A program made the position numbers and the translations under genes. 64,000 nucleotides of DNA, from contig CBDCTA010000029.1 of assembly GCA_965221955.1 (NCBI GenBank), forward strand, positions 352,001 to 416,000, read 5' to 3'. The notes under the pieces are model-generated. The model was not told the DNA's origin. It saw nothing but the letters and a program-made list of their open reading frames with translations, and searched no databases. Positions 31,771-42,305 of the stretch are shown piece by piece. The first letter of the stretch is position 1. Every line of letters starts with the position of its first letter. The DNA comes from Gammaproteobacteria bacterium (GTDB taxonomy: Bacteria > Pseudomonadota > Gammaproteobacteria > UBA4575).

Positions 31771-32217
31771 ATGAGTAACAGTAGTAAATACGCAAAAGTT
31801 CTTTGGGTATTGCTTGGACTTTTCTGTTTCCGTGTGATTGCTCAATTATTGCAATTGGTATTTGATAGTCCATTTTTGCCTCCGTTTGACACTTGGTATA
31901 GTGGAGCGTTGGCCTATCCGTATTTGCTGGTATCTCAGATACTAATCATCAGTATTTATTCATATATCTGTTTTCAATTTACCAAAGGTTCCGTCACGCC
32001 ATCTAATCGCATGGGTATACTTTTCTTAGCCATAGGGGGCGTTTATGCAAGCTTTATGCTGGGAAGATTGTTGATTGGTCAGCTATTTACTTCTTCTACA
32101 TGGTTTCATGCTTACATTCCCATTTTCTTTCACTTTATTCTTGCACTATTCCTAATTGTGGTTGGGATATTTCATGTTAGAAATACAAAGATATATGTCA
32201 ATCGAAGCAGTAAATAA
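31771..32217 (+). CDS. Hypothetical membrane protein (~4 TM)
   Basis: Four hydrophobic segments; 4 bp from the upstream stop; overlaps the next gene. Confidence 0.8.
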   Translation: MSNSSKYAKVLWVLLGLFCFRVIAQLLQLVFDSPFLPPFDTWYSGALAYPYLLVSQILIISIYSYICFQFTKGSVTPSNRMGILFLAIGGVYASFMLGRLLIGQLFTSSTWFHAYIPIFFHFILALFLIVVGIFHVRNTKIYVNRSSK

Positions 32218-34783
32218 ATGGTTGTCGTGGGTTGTATACCCAGTTGGCGTTGGGATGGGAATCTATTTGCATATAGCTATGCAGTCATGGGGCATTGATC
32301 TTCAAATTAGCACATACGTTCCCATATTTCTTGCAGCTGGAATGATCGTGTTGTTTGAGCTTTATTTTCCACATTTGCATCAATGGAAACCCAATATTAA
32401 AGATATAAAAAATGATGCAATGTACATGCTTGTTGTACAAACGATTTTGCCAAAAGTATTAGCATTTATTACAGCATTAGTACTGTTACGCTATTCAAAT
32501 GAAAGTGGTTTATTAAATATAAACCTTTGGCCACATTACTTACCTGTATGGATTCAGGCAATGCTAATGATTTTAGTAGCTGATTTTTTCCGTTATTGGC
32601 TTCATGTTGCTTCTCATAAAAATAGTTTCTTATGGAGATTTCATGCAGTTCATCATTCACCTAAAAAATTGTATTGGATAAACACAGGAAGATTTCACCC
32701 TATTGAAGAAGTTGCTCAGTTTTTATTCGATGCAGTACCTTTCATTCTATTAGGAGTCAGTGAATATGTTCTGGCATTTTATTTTGTTTTCTATGCCATT
32801 AATGGTTTTTTTCAGCATTCCAATATAAAACTAAAGTTTGGTGTATTGAATTATTTAATTAGTACTGCAGAACTACACCGTTGGCATCATTCACGTCTTG
32901 AGAAAGAATCTAATTCTAACTATGGAAATAACACAATTATTTGGGATCTAATCTTTGGCACGAGATACTTGCCAGATGATAGAAGCATCGAAAAAATAGG
33001 GCTCATCAATTCTAAATACCCAGCAACATTTTTCGATCAACTTAAAACACCATTTGTTGGAGGGTTAGATAAAAAGAATTTGCCATTACCTAGCATTAAA
33101 CAGTTAATTGTGAATAGTTTAATCAAGCTTCAAATGAATATTACCAAATTTACTATTTGGAAACCCATGATGAAGGCAGCTAAAGATCCTATGCATGCGC
33201 AATTTAGTTTCCTTGAACAACTCTTGAAAGAAAATGCAAAGACAAAATTTGGAAAAGAACATCAATTTAATAAAATAAATTCTTATGAAGATTATTGTAG
33301 GCTTGTGCCAATTCAAACATATGAGACATTAAGCCCATATTTTATAAACCAAGATAAATTAAAAGAAATTTTGATAAATAATGAGCAACCGTTTATGTAT
33401 GCAGTTACAAGCGGGACTACAGGAGCATCAAAATTTATCCCGATTTTAGATAAAACAATTAAACAAAATAAAAAGCATCAAAAACTTTTTACCTATATTC
33501 AATATAGAGATAATCCTGGAACATTCAGCGGCAAAATGCTTGGAATCGTAAGCCCTGCAATTGAAGGATATACAGACCACGGCACTCCATTTGGCTCAGT
33601 ATCTGGTGTTCTGTATAAAAACATGCCTTCAATTATGAGATCAAAATATGTACTTCCATTTGAAATATTTTCAATTGAAAACTATGAACTTAAATATCAA
33701 CTCATCCTAAGAATTGCCCTTGCTTACAAAGATATCACCTATTTTGTTACAGCAAATCCTTCAACTTTACTAATGCTTAACAAAATACTAAATGAGGATA
33801 TTTCTGTATTGGCAAATGAAATTGAGCACGGAGGATTTAGAGAATACGAAGTATTGCCAAAGAGTATCCAAACGTTTATTACACATAATTTGCACTCAAA
33901 TCCAAAACGTGCAAATGAGCTACGTCAACTAATATCGAATAAAAAAGAAATCACCTTTGCAGATGTATGGCCACAATTACAAACAGTTGTTACATGGACT
34001 GGCGGTAGTTGTGGAATCGCAATAGATGCAGTCAAGCAAAAATTACCGATTGTTACAAAAGTAATCGAACTAGGGTATATGGCTACTGAAGTGAGAGGGA
34101 CAATAACAATTGATGCAGAAAATAATCTTGGTCTTCCTACAATTCAGGATAATTTCTTTGAATTTGTTGAAAGAGATGATTGGGAAAACGAAAAAAATAA
34201 TTTCTTAACAATTGATCAACTATCTAATAGCAAAGAATACTATATTTTCATTACAACAAGCTCTGGCCTTTATCGATATTACATCAACGACATAGTAAGA
34301 GTAAATGGAAAAATAGAAAATACTCCTACTCTTCAATTTATACAAAAAGGAAAAGGTGTAACCAGTATTACAGGCGAAAAGTTATATGAATGCCAAATTA
34401 TTGATGCGATGAAGTTAACGGAAAAAGAATTTAATTTCTCAAGTATTTTTTACATTATGCTTGCCAATAAAATTCACTCAAATTATGAATTATATATTGA
34501 AACCCCCGGAAATTTTGAACCCCCATTAGAAACATTAAGAGACTATATTGAGTCTTGTCTTTGTAAGCTAAATATCGAATATCAAAGTAAACTTGCAAGC
34601 GGGAGACTAAAGCCTCTGTCTTTGCATCATGTTCAAAGTGGAACAAGGGAAATATTTAAGAAATATTATATTGGAAAAGGGCAAAAAGAGAGTCAATTTA
34701 AAGTTGTGGCACTTCAGTACAAGAACGAATTAGATTTTGACTTTGATAATTACATTTTAGGATATTATGAAAAGGCGAGTTAA
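32195..34783 (+). CDS. Sterol desaturase/fatty acid hydroxylase domain fused to a GH3-family acyl-acid amido synthetase domain
   Basis: His boxes HVASH, HAVHH, QHSN, HRWHH, WDLIFGT; GH3 motifs TSGTTGASKFIP, GYMATE, GLYRYYIND, GEK; one uninterrupted ORF; start taken at ATG 32195. Confidence 0.88.
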   Translation: MSIEAVNKWLSWVVYPVGVGMGIYLHIAMQSWGIDLQISTYVPIFLAAGMIVLFELYFPHLHQWKPNIKDIKNDAMYMLVVQTILPKVLAFITALVLLRYSNESGLLNINLWPHYLPVWIQAMLMILVADFFRYWLHVASHKNSFLWRFHAVHHSPKKLYWINTGRFHPIEEVAQFLFDAVPFILLGVSEYVLAFYFVFYAINGFFQHSNIKLKFGVLNYLISTAELHRWHHSRLEKESNSNYGNNTIIWDLIFGTRYLPDDRSIEKIGLINSKYPATFFDQLKTPFVGGLDKKNLPLPSIKQLIVNSLIKLQMNITKFTIWKPMMKAAKDPMHAQFSFLEQLLKENAKTKFGKEHQFNKINSYEDYCRLVPIQTYETLSPYFINQDKLKEILINNEQPFMYAVTSGTTGASKFIPILDKTIKQNKKHQKLFTYIQYRDNPGTFSGKMLGIVSPAIEGYTDHGTPFGSVSGVLYKNMPSIMRSKYVLPFEIFSIENYELKYQLILRIALAYKDITYFVTANPSTLLMLNKILNEDISVLANEIEHGGFREYEVLPKSIQTFITHNLHSNPKRANELRQLISNKKEITFADVWPQLQTVVTWTGGSCGIAIDAVKQKLPIVTKVIELGYMATEVRGTITIDAENNLGLPTIQDNFFEFVERDDWENEKNNFLTIDQLSNSKEYYIFITTSSGLYRYYINDIVRVNGKIENTPTLQFIQKGKGVTSITGEKLYECQIIDAMKLTEKEFNFSSIFYIMLANKIHSNYELYIETPGNFEPPLETLRDYIESCLCKLNIEYQSKLASGRLKPLSLHHVQSGTREIFKKYYIGKGQKESQFKVVALQYKNELDFDFDNYILGYYEKAS

Positions 34784-34791
34784 CTACAATC

Positions 34792-35922
34792 ATGTTGATT
34801 GAAAACGCTAAGCTAAAAAAAATAGATATTCCTTTTACAGTCTCATTTAAGCACTCATCTGCCGAACGATCACGAACGGAGAGTGTTCTCGTAGAGATGA
34901 CATCCAATAGCGGATATTCTGGCTATGGAGAATCATGCCCAAGAGAATATGTAACATCAGAAAATATTGAAAGTGTGAAAGTATTTTTTAATGAGAATAT
35001 TCTCTCTTTCAAAAATAATGTAGATGACTTAGATAGCCTTAATACTTGGATGGGCAACAATCTTAAAAGTATTAACCTTAACCCTGCTGCAATGTGTGCA
35101 ATTGAAACAGCATTTTTAGATTTGCTTTCAAAAAATAAGGATATATCAATTGAAAGTTTAATTGGGGTGCCTGAACTACAAGGCCAATTTAAATATACAG
35201 CAGTTATTGGAGACAGTAGTTCAGAAGTATTTCATAGCACTCTTAAAAAATATATTGAAATGGGCTTTGATGATTACAAAGTTAAGCTCTCAGGTGACTT
35301 AGAGAAGGATCAAGAAAAATGTCATATATTAATTAATATGTGTAAATTTCCTTTTCGTTTACGTTTCGATGCTAATAACTCATGGAATAACCATGAAACT
35401 GCAATTAAATACTTATCTAAATTAGATATAGATTATTTTGCAATTGAAGAACCTCTTACACCAAAGGACTATCTAGGTTTATCCAAACTCTCGAATGAGC
35501 TAGATAAACAAATCATATTAGATGAAAGTTTTTTGAATCTAGGTCAATTCGAGAACCTCATCGAATATCCTGAAATAATGTGGATAATAAATCTTCGAAT
35601 ATCAAAAATGGGTGGCTTATTAAGGTCAAAAAAGATTGTTGATAAAGCAAAAGCTCATGGAATTAAGATAATTATTGGTGCTCAAGTAGGGGAAACAAGT
35701 CTTCTTTCTAGAGCTGCTTTGACGATTGCAAACTACGCAAGGGATATGCTCATTGCTCAAGAAGGTGCTTTTGGGAAACTTTTGCTTAAAGAGGACGTCT
35801 TTGAGCCTACTTTGCAGTTCGGGAAAGCTGGACTTTTAGACCCTGCAAAGTTATTTAATGGTATATCTGGTTTAGGTTTTGAGAATGTATTAAATAAAAA
35901 ATTTATCAAAGAATACTTATAA
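34792..35922 (+). CDS. Enolase-superfamily enzyme (muconate lactonizing enzyme subgroup)
   Basis: GYGE capping domain, KVK, DAN, EEP, DES metal ligands, NLRISKMGG. Confidence 0.88.
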   Translation: MLIENAKLKKIDIPFTVSFKHSSAERSRTESVLVEMTSNSGYSGYGESCPREYVTSENIESVKVFFNENILSFKNNVDDLDSLNTWMGNNLKSINLNPAAMCAIETAFLDLLSKNKDISIESLIGVPELQGQFKYTAVIGDSSSEVFHSTLKKYIEMGFDDYKVKLSGDLEKDQEKCHILINMCKFPFRLRFDANNSWNNHETAIKYLSKLDIDYFAIEEPLTPKDYLGLSKLSNELDKQIILDESFLNLGQFENLIEYPEIMWIINLRISKMGGLLRSKKIVDKAKAHGIKIIIGAQVGETSLLSRAALTIANYARDMLIAQEGAFGKLLLKEDVFEPTLQFGKAGLLDPAKLFNGISGLGFENVLNKKFIKEYL

Positions 35923-37296
35923 ATTTGGTAACGTTTTCCCAGGATTAAGGATGTTATTGGGGTCAAATTGTTTTTTGATTTTGTGCATTAATGCAAGTGT
36001 GGTTGCGTCAATTTCTTTAGATACAAAATCGCGTTTTGCAATGCCCACTCCGTGTTCGCCTGAGAGAGTGCCGCCCAGTTGTAATACCAATTCAAATACT
36101 TCATTCAAGCAGGACTTAACTACAGAGTCTTGTTTAGTGGCATCATATAAAAGATTGACATGTAAATTACCATTGCCGGCATGACCAAAATTAAAAATTG
36201 CGATATCATTTTTTTTGCTTAGTTTTTCTATCTCGGTTAATAGCTTAGGTAATTGTGTAACGGGAACAACAATATCTTCATTAATTTTATTCGGTGCAAA
36301 ACTACGAAGGGCAGGGGAAAGTGCTTTGCGAGCAGCCCATAGTTGGATTTTTTGTTGGTCGTTTTCTGCAGTTTGAATATCAATACAGCCGCTATTTTTT
36401 GCTGCGTCTAAAACAGCTTGCGTGCTCGCTTCAATATTTTCGTTTAACCCATCGATTTCAATCATTAGCATCGCTTGGGCTTGAGAATCTAACTCAAGGT
36501 TTGAATGTTGACGAATTAAATTGAGTGAGCCTGAATCAATAAATTCTAATGCATACGGTAGAGCATTTTGTGCTAATACACTCACTACTGCTTCAATTGC
36601 AGAATTTGAATTCTTGTAAAGTGTGCGAATGGTATTAATACATTCCGGTTTTGGGTGGAGTTTTAAACGTGCTTCAGTAATGACGCCTAAAATACCTTCA
36701 CTACCAATAAGTAAACGCGTCAAGTCTAAACCGACTACGCCCTTGGTGGTTGCGCTGCCGGTATGAATAGTTTCGCCGGTTCCTGTCACTGCAGTAAGGC
36801 TTAATGTATTTTCTCTGCAGGTTCCGTACTTGATTGCACGTGGGCCAGCCGTATTGCAAGCAAGATTGCCGCCAATGCTGCAATAGTCTGCGCTACTGGG
36901 GTCGGGCGGCCAAAATAGATTATTTTCTGCTGCACGTTTTTGTACTTCTATATTTAAGACACCTGGTTCAACGCGCATATTTCGATTATTCACATCAAAT
37001 TCTAAAATTTGATTCATGCGTTCGGTTGAAAGCACAACACCGGCTTGGATAGGTATTGCAGCACCGGTTGTACCGGTTCCACGTCCACGCGTTGTGATTG
37101 GAATATTATTTTCGTTGCACAGTTCAACACTATTCACGATTTGCTCGTGAGTGGTTGGAAGTAAAACTAAATCAGGACAAGCGTGTTGTTTGCTATTGTC
37201 ATAGCCATACGGCCAACACTCGCCTTGATCAGTAAGTACCGAATTTCTTCCACAAGCCTCAATAAACTTGTTTATGATGTGAGTTTCTAAAGCCAC
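35917..37296 (-). CDS. FAD-linked oxidase, GlcD/D-2-hydroxyacid dehydrogenase family
   Basis: RGRGTG, PPDPSS, GSEGILG, GHAGNGNLH, SGEHGVG, LNPGK. Confidence 0.92.
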   Translation of the reverse strand: MALETHIINKFIEACGRNSVLTDQGECWPYGYDNSKQHACPDLVLLPTTHEQIVNSVELCNENNIPITTRGRGTGTTGAAIPIQAGVVLSTERMNQILEFDVNNRNMRVEPGVLNIEVQKRAAENNLFWPPDPSSADYCSIGGNLACNTAGPRAIKYGTCRENTLSLTAVTGTGETIHTGSATTKGVVGLDLTRLLIGSEGILGVITEARLKLHPKPECINTIRTLYKNSNSAIEAVVSVLAQNALPYALEFIDSGSLNLIRQHSNLELDSQAQAMLMIEIDGLNENIEASTQAVLDAAKNSGCIDIQTAENDQQKIQLWAARKALSPALRSFAPNKINEDIVVPVTQLPKLLTEIEKLSKKNDIAIFNFGHAGNGNLHVNLLYDATKQDSVVKSCLNEVFELVLQLGGTLSGEHGVGIAKRDFVSKEIDATTLALMHKIKKQFDPNNILNPGKTLPNL

Positions 37297-37310
37297 GTTT
37301 TGGAAAACGC

Positions 37311-38256
<946 letters not shown>

Positions 38257-38262
38257 GTGGTA

Positions 38263-40194
38263 TTACTGAGTTGCGTTCAGTTGAGCGGAGTAATCAGGTA
38301 TAGCACCTAGTGATTCTGGTCGACCTTTTTTGAATTTTGCCCATACTAATTCACGATAGATACGATTTTGTGCATCCACGCTTAATTTTCCTGTAGTGCC
38401 ATCATAACGATCAAAGTCATTCGCAGCTAAGCGTTGTAGATGGGGGATCACTTGATAAGCATCGATTCCTAGTGCAGCAAAACGTGGTAAGCGAGAAGAG
38501 CTGCTAGAGGATTGTAAATCTAGTGAATCTTTTAATAATGCCATTGAAGGGTCGTTTGATAACAGCCAAGGTACATCGCAATAAGTGATGCCATTAATAT
38601 CTTGGTCTGCTGATAGATTTTCATTGCCAGAAAATACATGGGACGTGGCATATACTGGAAGATCCGATGCAAAGTGAAAACTCAGTTGTGGTCGAAGCAG
38701 TCTAGCTTGCTGGGGTGATGCGGCAATAAATACGAAATCAGCATCTTGTCTGCGGCGGGGTTCAAATTCTACTTCTGCTTTGATGATAGATTGCAAGGTG
38801 CGGCGGCGTTGTTCGCTTTGGTTGAGTTGTAGCAAGCTTTTTATCGCCACGGAGTAATCTGAGTTTTGCGGGAAATAACGTTCTGCTTGCAAAACAGAGC
38901 CACCTAATTCAAGAAAGCGATTCGTAAAAGCGGATAATAAACGTGTGCCCCATTCCCCTTCAGGTACGAGTACTAATGCAGCGCTTTTATTTTCAAAAGA
39001 CGCACGTTCAGCAACTTGCTGCGCTTCATCTTCGGGCAATAAACCAAATTGATATAAATTATTAGCACCTGTTAATGCATTATCAGAATAATTTAGTGAC
39101 AAAGTGGGTACTGGCAGAGTGCCTTGGCTGGCTAAACTGCGCACCGCGTCTTTTTGAAATGGACCAATGATGAAGTCTGCACCCTCTGAAACAGCGCGGC
39201 GGTAGTAACTCAGTGCAGAAGTTGGATCATCACCCGTATCGTAAACAACAAGTTCGGGCGGTGGATTAAAGGCTTCGCCAAATTCGCGTGCAGTTGTGAT
39301 GCCAGAATAAACCGCTTCAGCCACTTTGCTGTAGCGACCGGTTAACGGCAGTAATAATGCAATTTTGTTTGGGGCGATATGAAAAGAGGCATAATCTTCG
39401 TGAATTGAATCAATAATGTGATTAGGAATTCGGTGTCCAGAAAATCGTAGCCTCCATTGTTGAATAGCGTTATCGATAGAGGCTTGACTTGCATGTGGTT
39501 GCTTTTGGATTGCTACTAAGCTAAGCCACGCTGCAAGTTCGGGGTTATTATTGTTGGTTGACCACGTATTTAATTCTTCAACATTTGTATTGAGCATGGT
39601 TTGCCAGATGAGCTCATTATTTTTTTTCAACTGCGCAGGTTTTTTTAATAAATTATTTAATGCAATGCGTGTTTCGATGGATTGTTTTGTTTTGCCAGCA
39701 CTATTTAGAGCTTTTGCGCGCACGGCAAATAAGTGCGGATTATATTTTTCAGATAAATTAATTAATTTTTCAGGTGCAGCATCCAATGCAACTTGTGGTT
39801 GTCCATTTAATAAGGCTAGTTCTGCGCTCGCGACACGTTTGCGTACAAATAAATCTTGCGTAAGTGTGCTTTCATCAATAGCACTTAAATATTGTTGGGC
39901 TTGCAGTTTGGTTGTGGGTTGTAATACCGCTTCAGCGGCTCTAATTTGTAAGGCTTCTTTTTGTGGCGATGGTCGATTTTCGGCTTCTGCCCAAAAAATA
40001 GCAGCTGCTTCTTGATATTTGCCTGCATTGAGTAGTCTTTCAGCTTTGCGAGTTTGGGCGCTGCCAGTGTTAAATACTTTGCTAGTATCGAGTGGAAAGT
40101 CAGCGCAACTTGTTAGTATCAACAGGGTAATAAAACTTATGACTACCCATGTTAGTGTATGTTTAGTTGAATATTGCAGTTGATTACTTCGCAT
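38263..40194 (-). CDS. lpoA: Penicillin-binding protein activator LpoA (LppC family lipoprotein)
   Basis: Lipobox LTSC, IALLLPLTG, FGLLPEDEA, RRRQD, ALGIDAY. Confidence 0.92.
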   Translation of the reverse strand: MRSNQLQYSTKHTLTWVVISFITLLILTSCADFPLDTSKVFNTGSAQTRKAERLLNAGKYQEAAAIFWAEAENRPSPQKEALQIRAAEAVLQPTTKLQAQQYLSAIDESTLTQDLFVRKRVASAELALLNGQPQVALDAAPEKLINLSEKYNPHLFAVRAKALNSAGKTKQSIETRIALNNLLKKPAQLKKNNELIWQTMLNTNVEELNTWSTNNNNPELAAWLSLVAIQKQPHASQASIDNAIQQWRLRFSGHRIPNHIIDSIHEDYASFHIAPNKIALLLPLTGRYSKVAEAVYSGITTAREFGEAFNPPPELVVYDTGDDPTSALSYYRRAVSEGADFIIGPFQKDAVRSLASQGTLPVPTLSLNYSDNALTGANNLYQFGLLPEDEAQQVAERASFENKSAALVLVPEGEWGTRLLSAFTNRFLELGGSVLQAERYFPQNSDYSVAIKSLLQLNQSEQRRRTLQSIIKAEVEFEPRRRQDADFVFIAASPQQARLLRPQLSFHFASDLPVYATSHVFSGNENLSADQDINGITYCDVPWLLSNDPSMALLKDSLDLQSSSSSSRLPRFAALGIDAYQVIPHLQRLAANDFDRYDGTTGKLSVDAQNRIYRELVWAKFKKGRPESLGAIPDYSAQLNATQ

Positions 40195-40229
40195 TTTGAT
40201 TTTTTGGGTTACTTTTTAATTTAATAGTT

Positions 40230-41099
40230 ATGAGTGAATTTGGCATCTTATACGTTATTGCCACACCTATAGGCAATCTAGCAGATATTACTCTGCGAGC
40301 ATTAGACACTATAAAGACGGTTAAGGTTTTATATGCCGAAGATACTCGTGTGACGCAACGTTTATTAGAGCACTATGGTATCCAAGCTAAACTACAGTCG
40401 CTACATGATTATAATGAATCTAATAAAATTTCTTCAGTCATTGAGCAGTTACAAGCCGGGAATGATCTGGGTCTAGTGTCCGATGCAGGTACTCCTTTAA
40501 TAAGTGATCCGGGGTATAAGTTGGTAGCTGCCGTGCAAGCAGCCGGGATAGACGTGAGGGCTATACCTGGTGCTAGTGCACTTACAGCAGCGTTATCTAT
40601 CGCAGGCTTGCCTACAGATCGCTTTATATTTGAGGGTTTTTTGCCTAAAAGTTCCAGTGAACGGAACAGTCTTTTTAAGGCATTGCAGTTTGAAACGCGT
40701 ACTATGGTGTTTTATGAGTCGCCGCAGCGTATTCAAGCATCAGTGCAAGCTTGTATAGAAGTAATGGGTGGAGAGCGCAAAGCGATTTTACTGCGTGAGC
40801 TTACAAAACACTATGAGGAACATATAAGTGCTGACTTGCGAACCATTAATGAACACTTAAGCAATCAGACTGAAAAAATACGTGGTGAAGTTGTGTTCAT
40901 TCTGCATGGAACTGATTCGCCACAGGATGCCGCAGACATGGACAAAGCCATGCAATTGTTAGCTGATCTATACAAACATATGTCACTTAAAGATGCCGCA
41001 GCGATTGTGGCTAAACATACTGGAATACGCCGTAATCAACTCTATTCTCTGGGTCTAGATTTACAGGGTTCAGAGATTGATTCTGATAATAAGACTTAG
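40230..41099 (+). CDS. rsmI: 16S rRNA C1402 2'-O-methyltransferase
   Basis: ATPIGNL, AEDTR, SDAGTPLISDPG, RELTK. Confidence 0.97.
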   Translation: MSEFGILYVIATPIGNLADITLRALDTIKTVKVLYAEDTRVTQRLLEHYGIQAKLQSLHDYNESNKISSVIEQLQAGNDLGLVSDAGTPLISDPGYKLVAAVQAAGIDVRAIPGASALTAALSIAGLPTDRFIFEGFLPKSSSERNSLFKALQFETRTMVFYESPQRIQASVQACIEVMGGERKAILLRELTKHYEEHISADLRTINEHLSNQTEKIRGEVVFILHGTDSPQDAADMDKAMQLLADLYKHMSLKDAAAIVAKHTGIRRNQLYSLGLDLQGSEIDSDNKT

Positions 41100-41105
41100 G
41101 GAGTG

Positions 41106-41114
41106 TGGTATCTT
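41106..41114 (+). promoter_or_regulatory. Extended -10 promoter of rnpB
   Basis: TG-G-TATCTT, 6 nt upstream of the RNase P RNA 5' end. Confidence 0.5.
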
Positions 41115-41120
41115 AGTTGT

Positions 41121-41513
<393 letters not shown>

Positions 41514-41750
41514 ATGATTTAACAGCTTAGTTTTTTGTACCTAGATACCATGGTTCTGCTGGTTTGTTGCTTTAATTACTGGGATCTGAGTCACGGAATC
41601 CAACCACTCTTAAACTAATTTATTACTATTCTTTGGTAAGCCTTCAAAATTAGGTAAGTTAATCAAAAAATACCCTGTATTTTTCAGGGTATAAGGCCTC
41701 TTAACTATCTGTCTTATAAGAAATTTTTTGGTTTTTTTCGACTTATTTGC

Positions 41751-41779
41751 TTGCAATCTAATGGGGTCGTTTCTATAGT
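41751..41779 (+). promoter_or_regulatory. Sigma-70 promoter of the dcw cluster
   Basis: TTGCAA-17 bp-TATAGT directly upstream of the MraZ boxes. Confidence 0.7.
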
Positions 41780-41787
41780 GTCAAAAA

Positions 41788-41812
41788 GTGGGAAATTGTG
41801 GGAAAACATGGA
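41788..41812 (+). promoter_or_regulatory. MraZ binding repeats
   Basis: GTGGG (41788), GTGGG (41798), ATGGA (41808) at 10-bp period upstream of mraZ. Confidence 0.8.
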
Positions 41813-41850
41813 ATAAAGCTCCGTGACGAATACTTATGTTTCATTAAATT

Positions 41851-42303
41851 ATGTTCCAGGGAATCAACGATCTCAATTTGGATGCCAAAGGCCGCATGTC
41901 TTTGCCTGCTCGTTATCGCGAAAGTATTCAAGAAAGTTGCGCGGGCAGTTTAGTGATTACCGTGGATGTTGATCGTTGTTTGCTTATTTATCCACAACCC
42001 GAATGGCATGTGATTCAACAAAAGTTGATGCAGTTACCAAGCATTAATAAACAAGTACGACGACTACAACGTTTGTTACTTGGTCATGCTACAGAATGTG
42101 AAGTGGATGGTAATTACCGAATTTTGTTACCCCCACCGTTACGAAAGTTTGCCAGTTTAACCAAGCATGCAGTGCTGATTGGGCAAGGAAATAAGTTCGA
42201 ACTTTGGGATCAAGAAACGTGGGAGAAAATGCGAGAGCGTTGGATTAAAGAAGAAAATAAATTAAGTGATATATCTGAAGCACTTGAAACGTTATCGATT
42301 TAG
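41851..42303 (+). CDS. mraZ: Transcriptional regulator MraZ
   Basis: DAKGR and DGNYR repeats, GQGNKFELW. Confidence 0.97.
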   Translation: MFQGINDLNLDAKGRMSLPARYRESIQESCAGSLVITVDVDRCLLIYPQPEWHVIQQKLMQLPSINKQVRRLQRLLLGHATECEVDGNYRILLPPPLRKFASLTKHAVLIGQGNKFELWDQETWEKMRERWIKEENKLSDISEALETLSI

Positions 42304-42305
42304 TA

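Noticed and set aside
32195-35922. Alternative menaquinone MenE/MenC pair
   Set aside because: The adenylating domain has GH3 rather than acyl-CoA ligase motifs and no other men genes are adjacent; kept only as a loose analogy
28398-35922. Island as prophage, transposon, integron or anti-phage system
   Set aside because: No integrase, transposase, att repeats, attC sites or nuclease/NTPase domains seen
41671-41691. Hairpin TACCCTG/CAGGGTA preceded by an A-run
   Set aside because: Terminator-like only on the minus strand, where no gene ends; function cannot be supported
41788-41812. Short direct repeats as CRISPR or a novel repeat
   Set aside because: Explained by known MraZ boxes; no repeat-spacer array seen in the window
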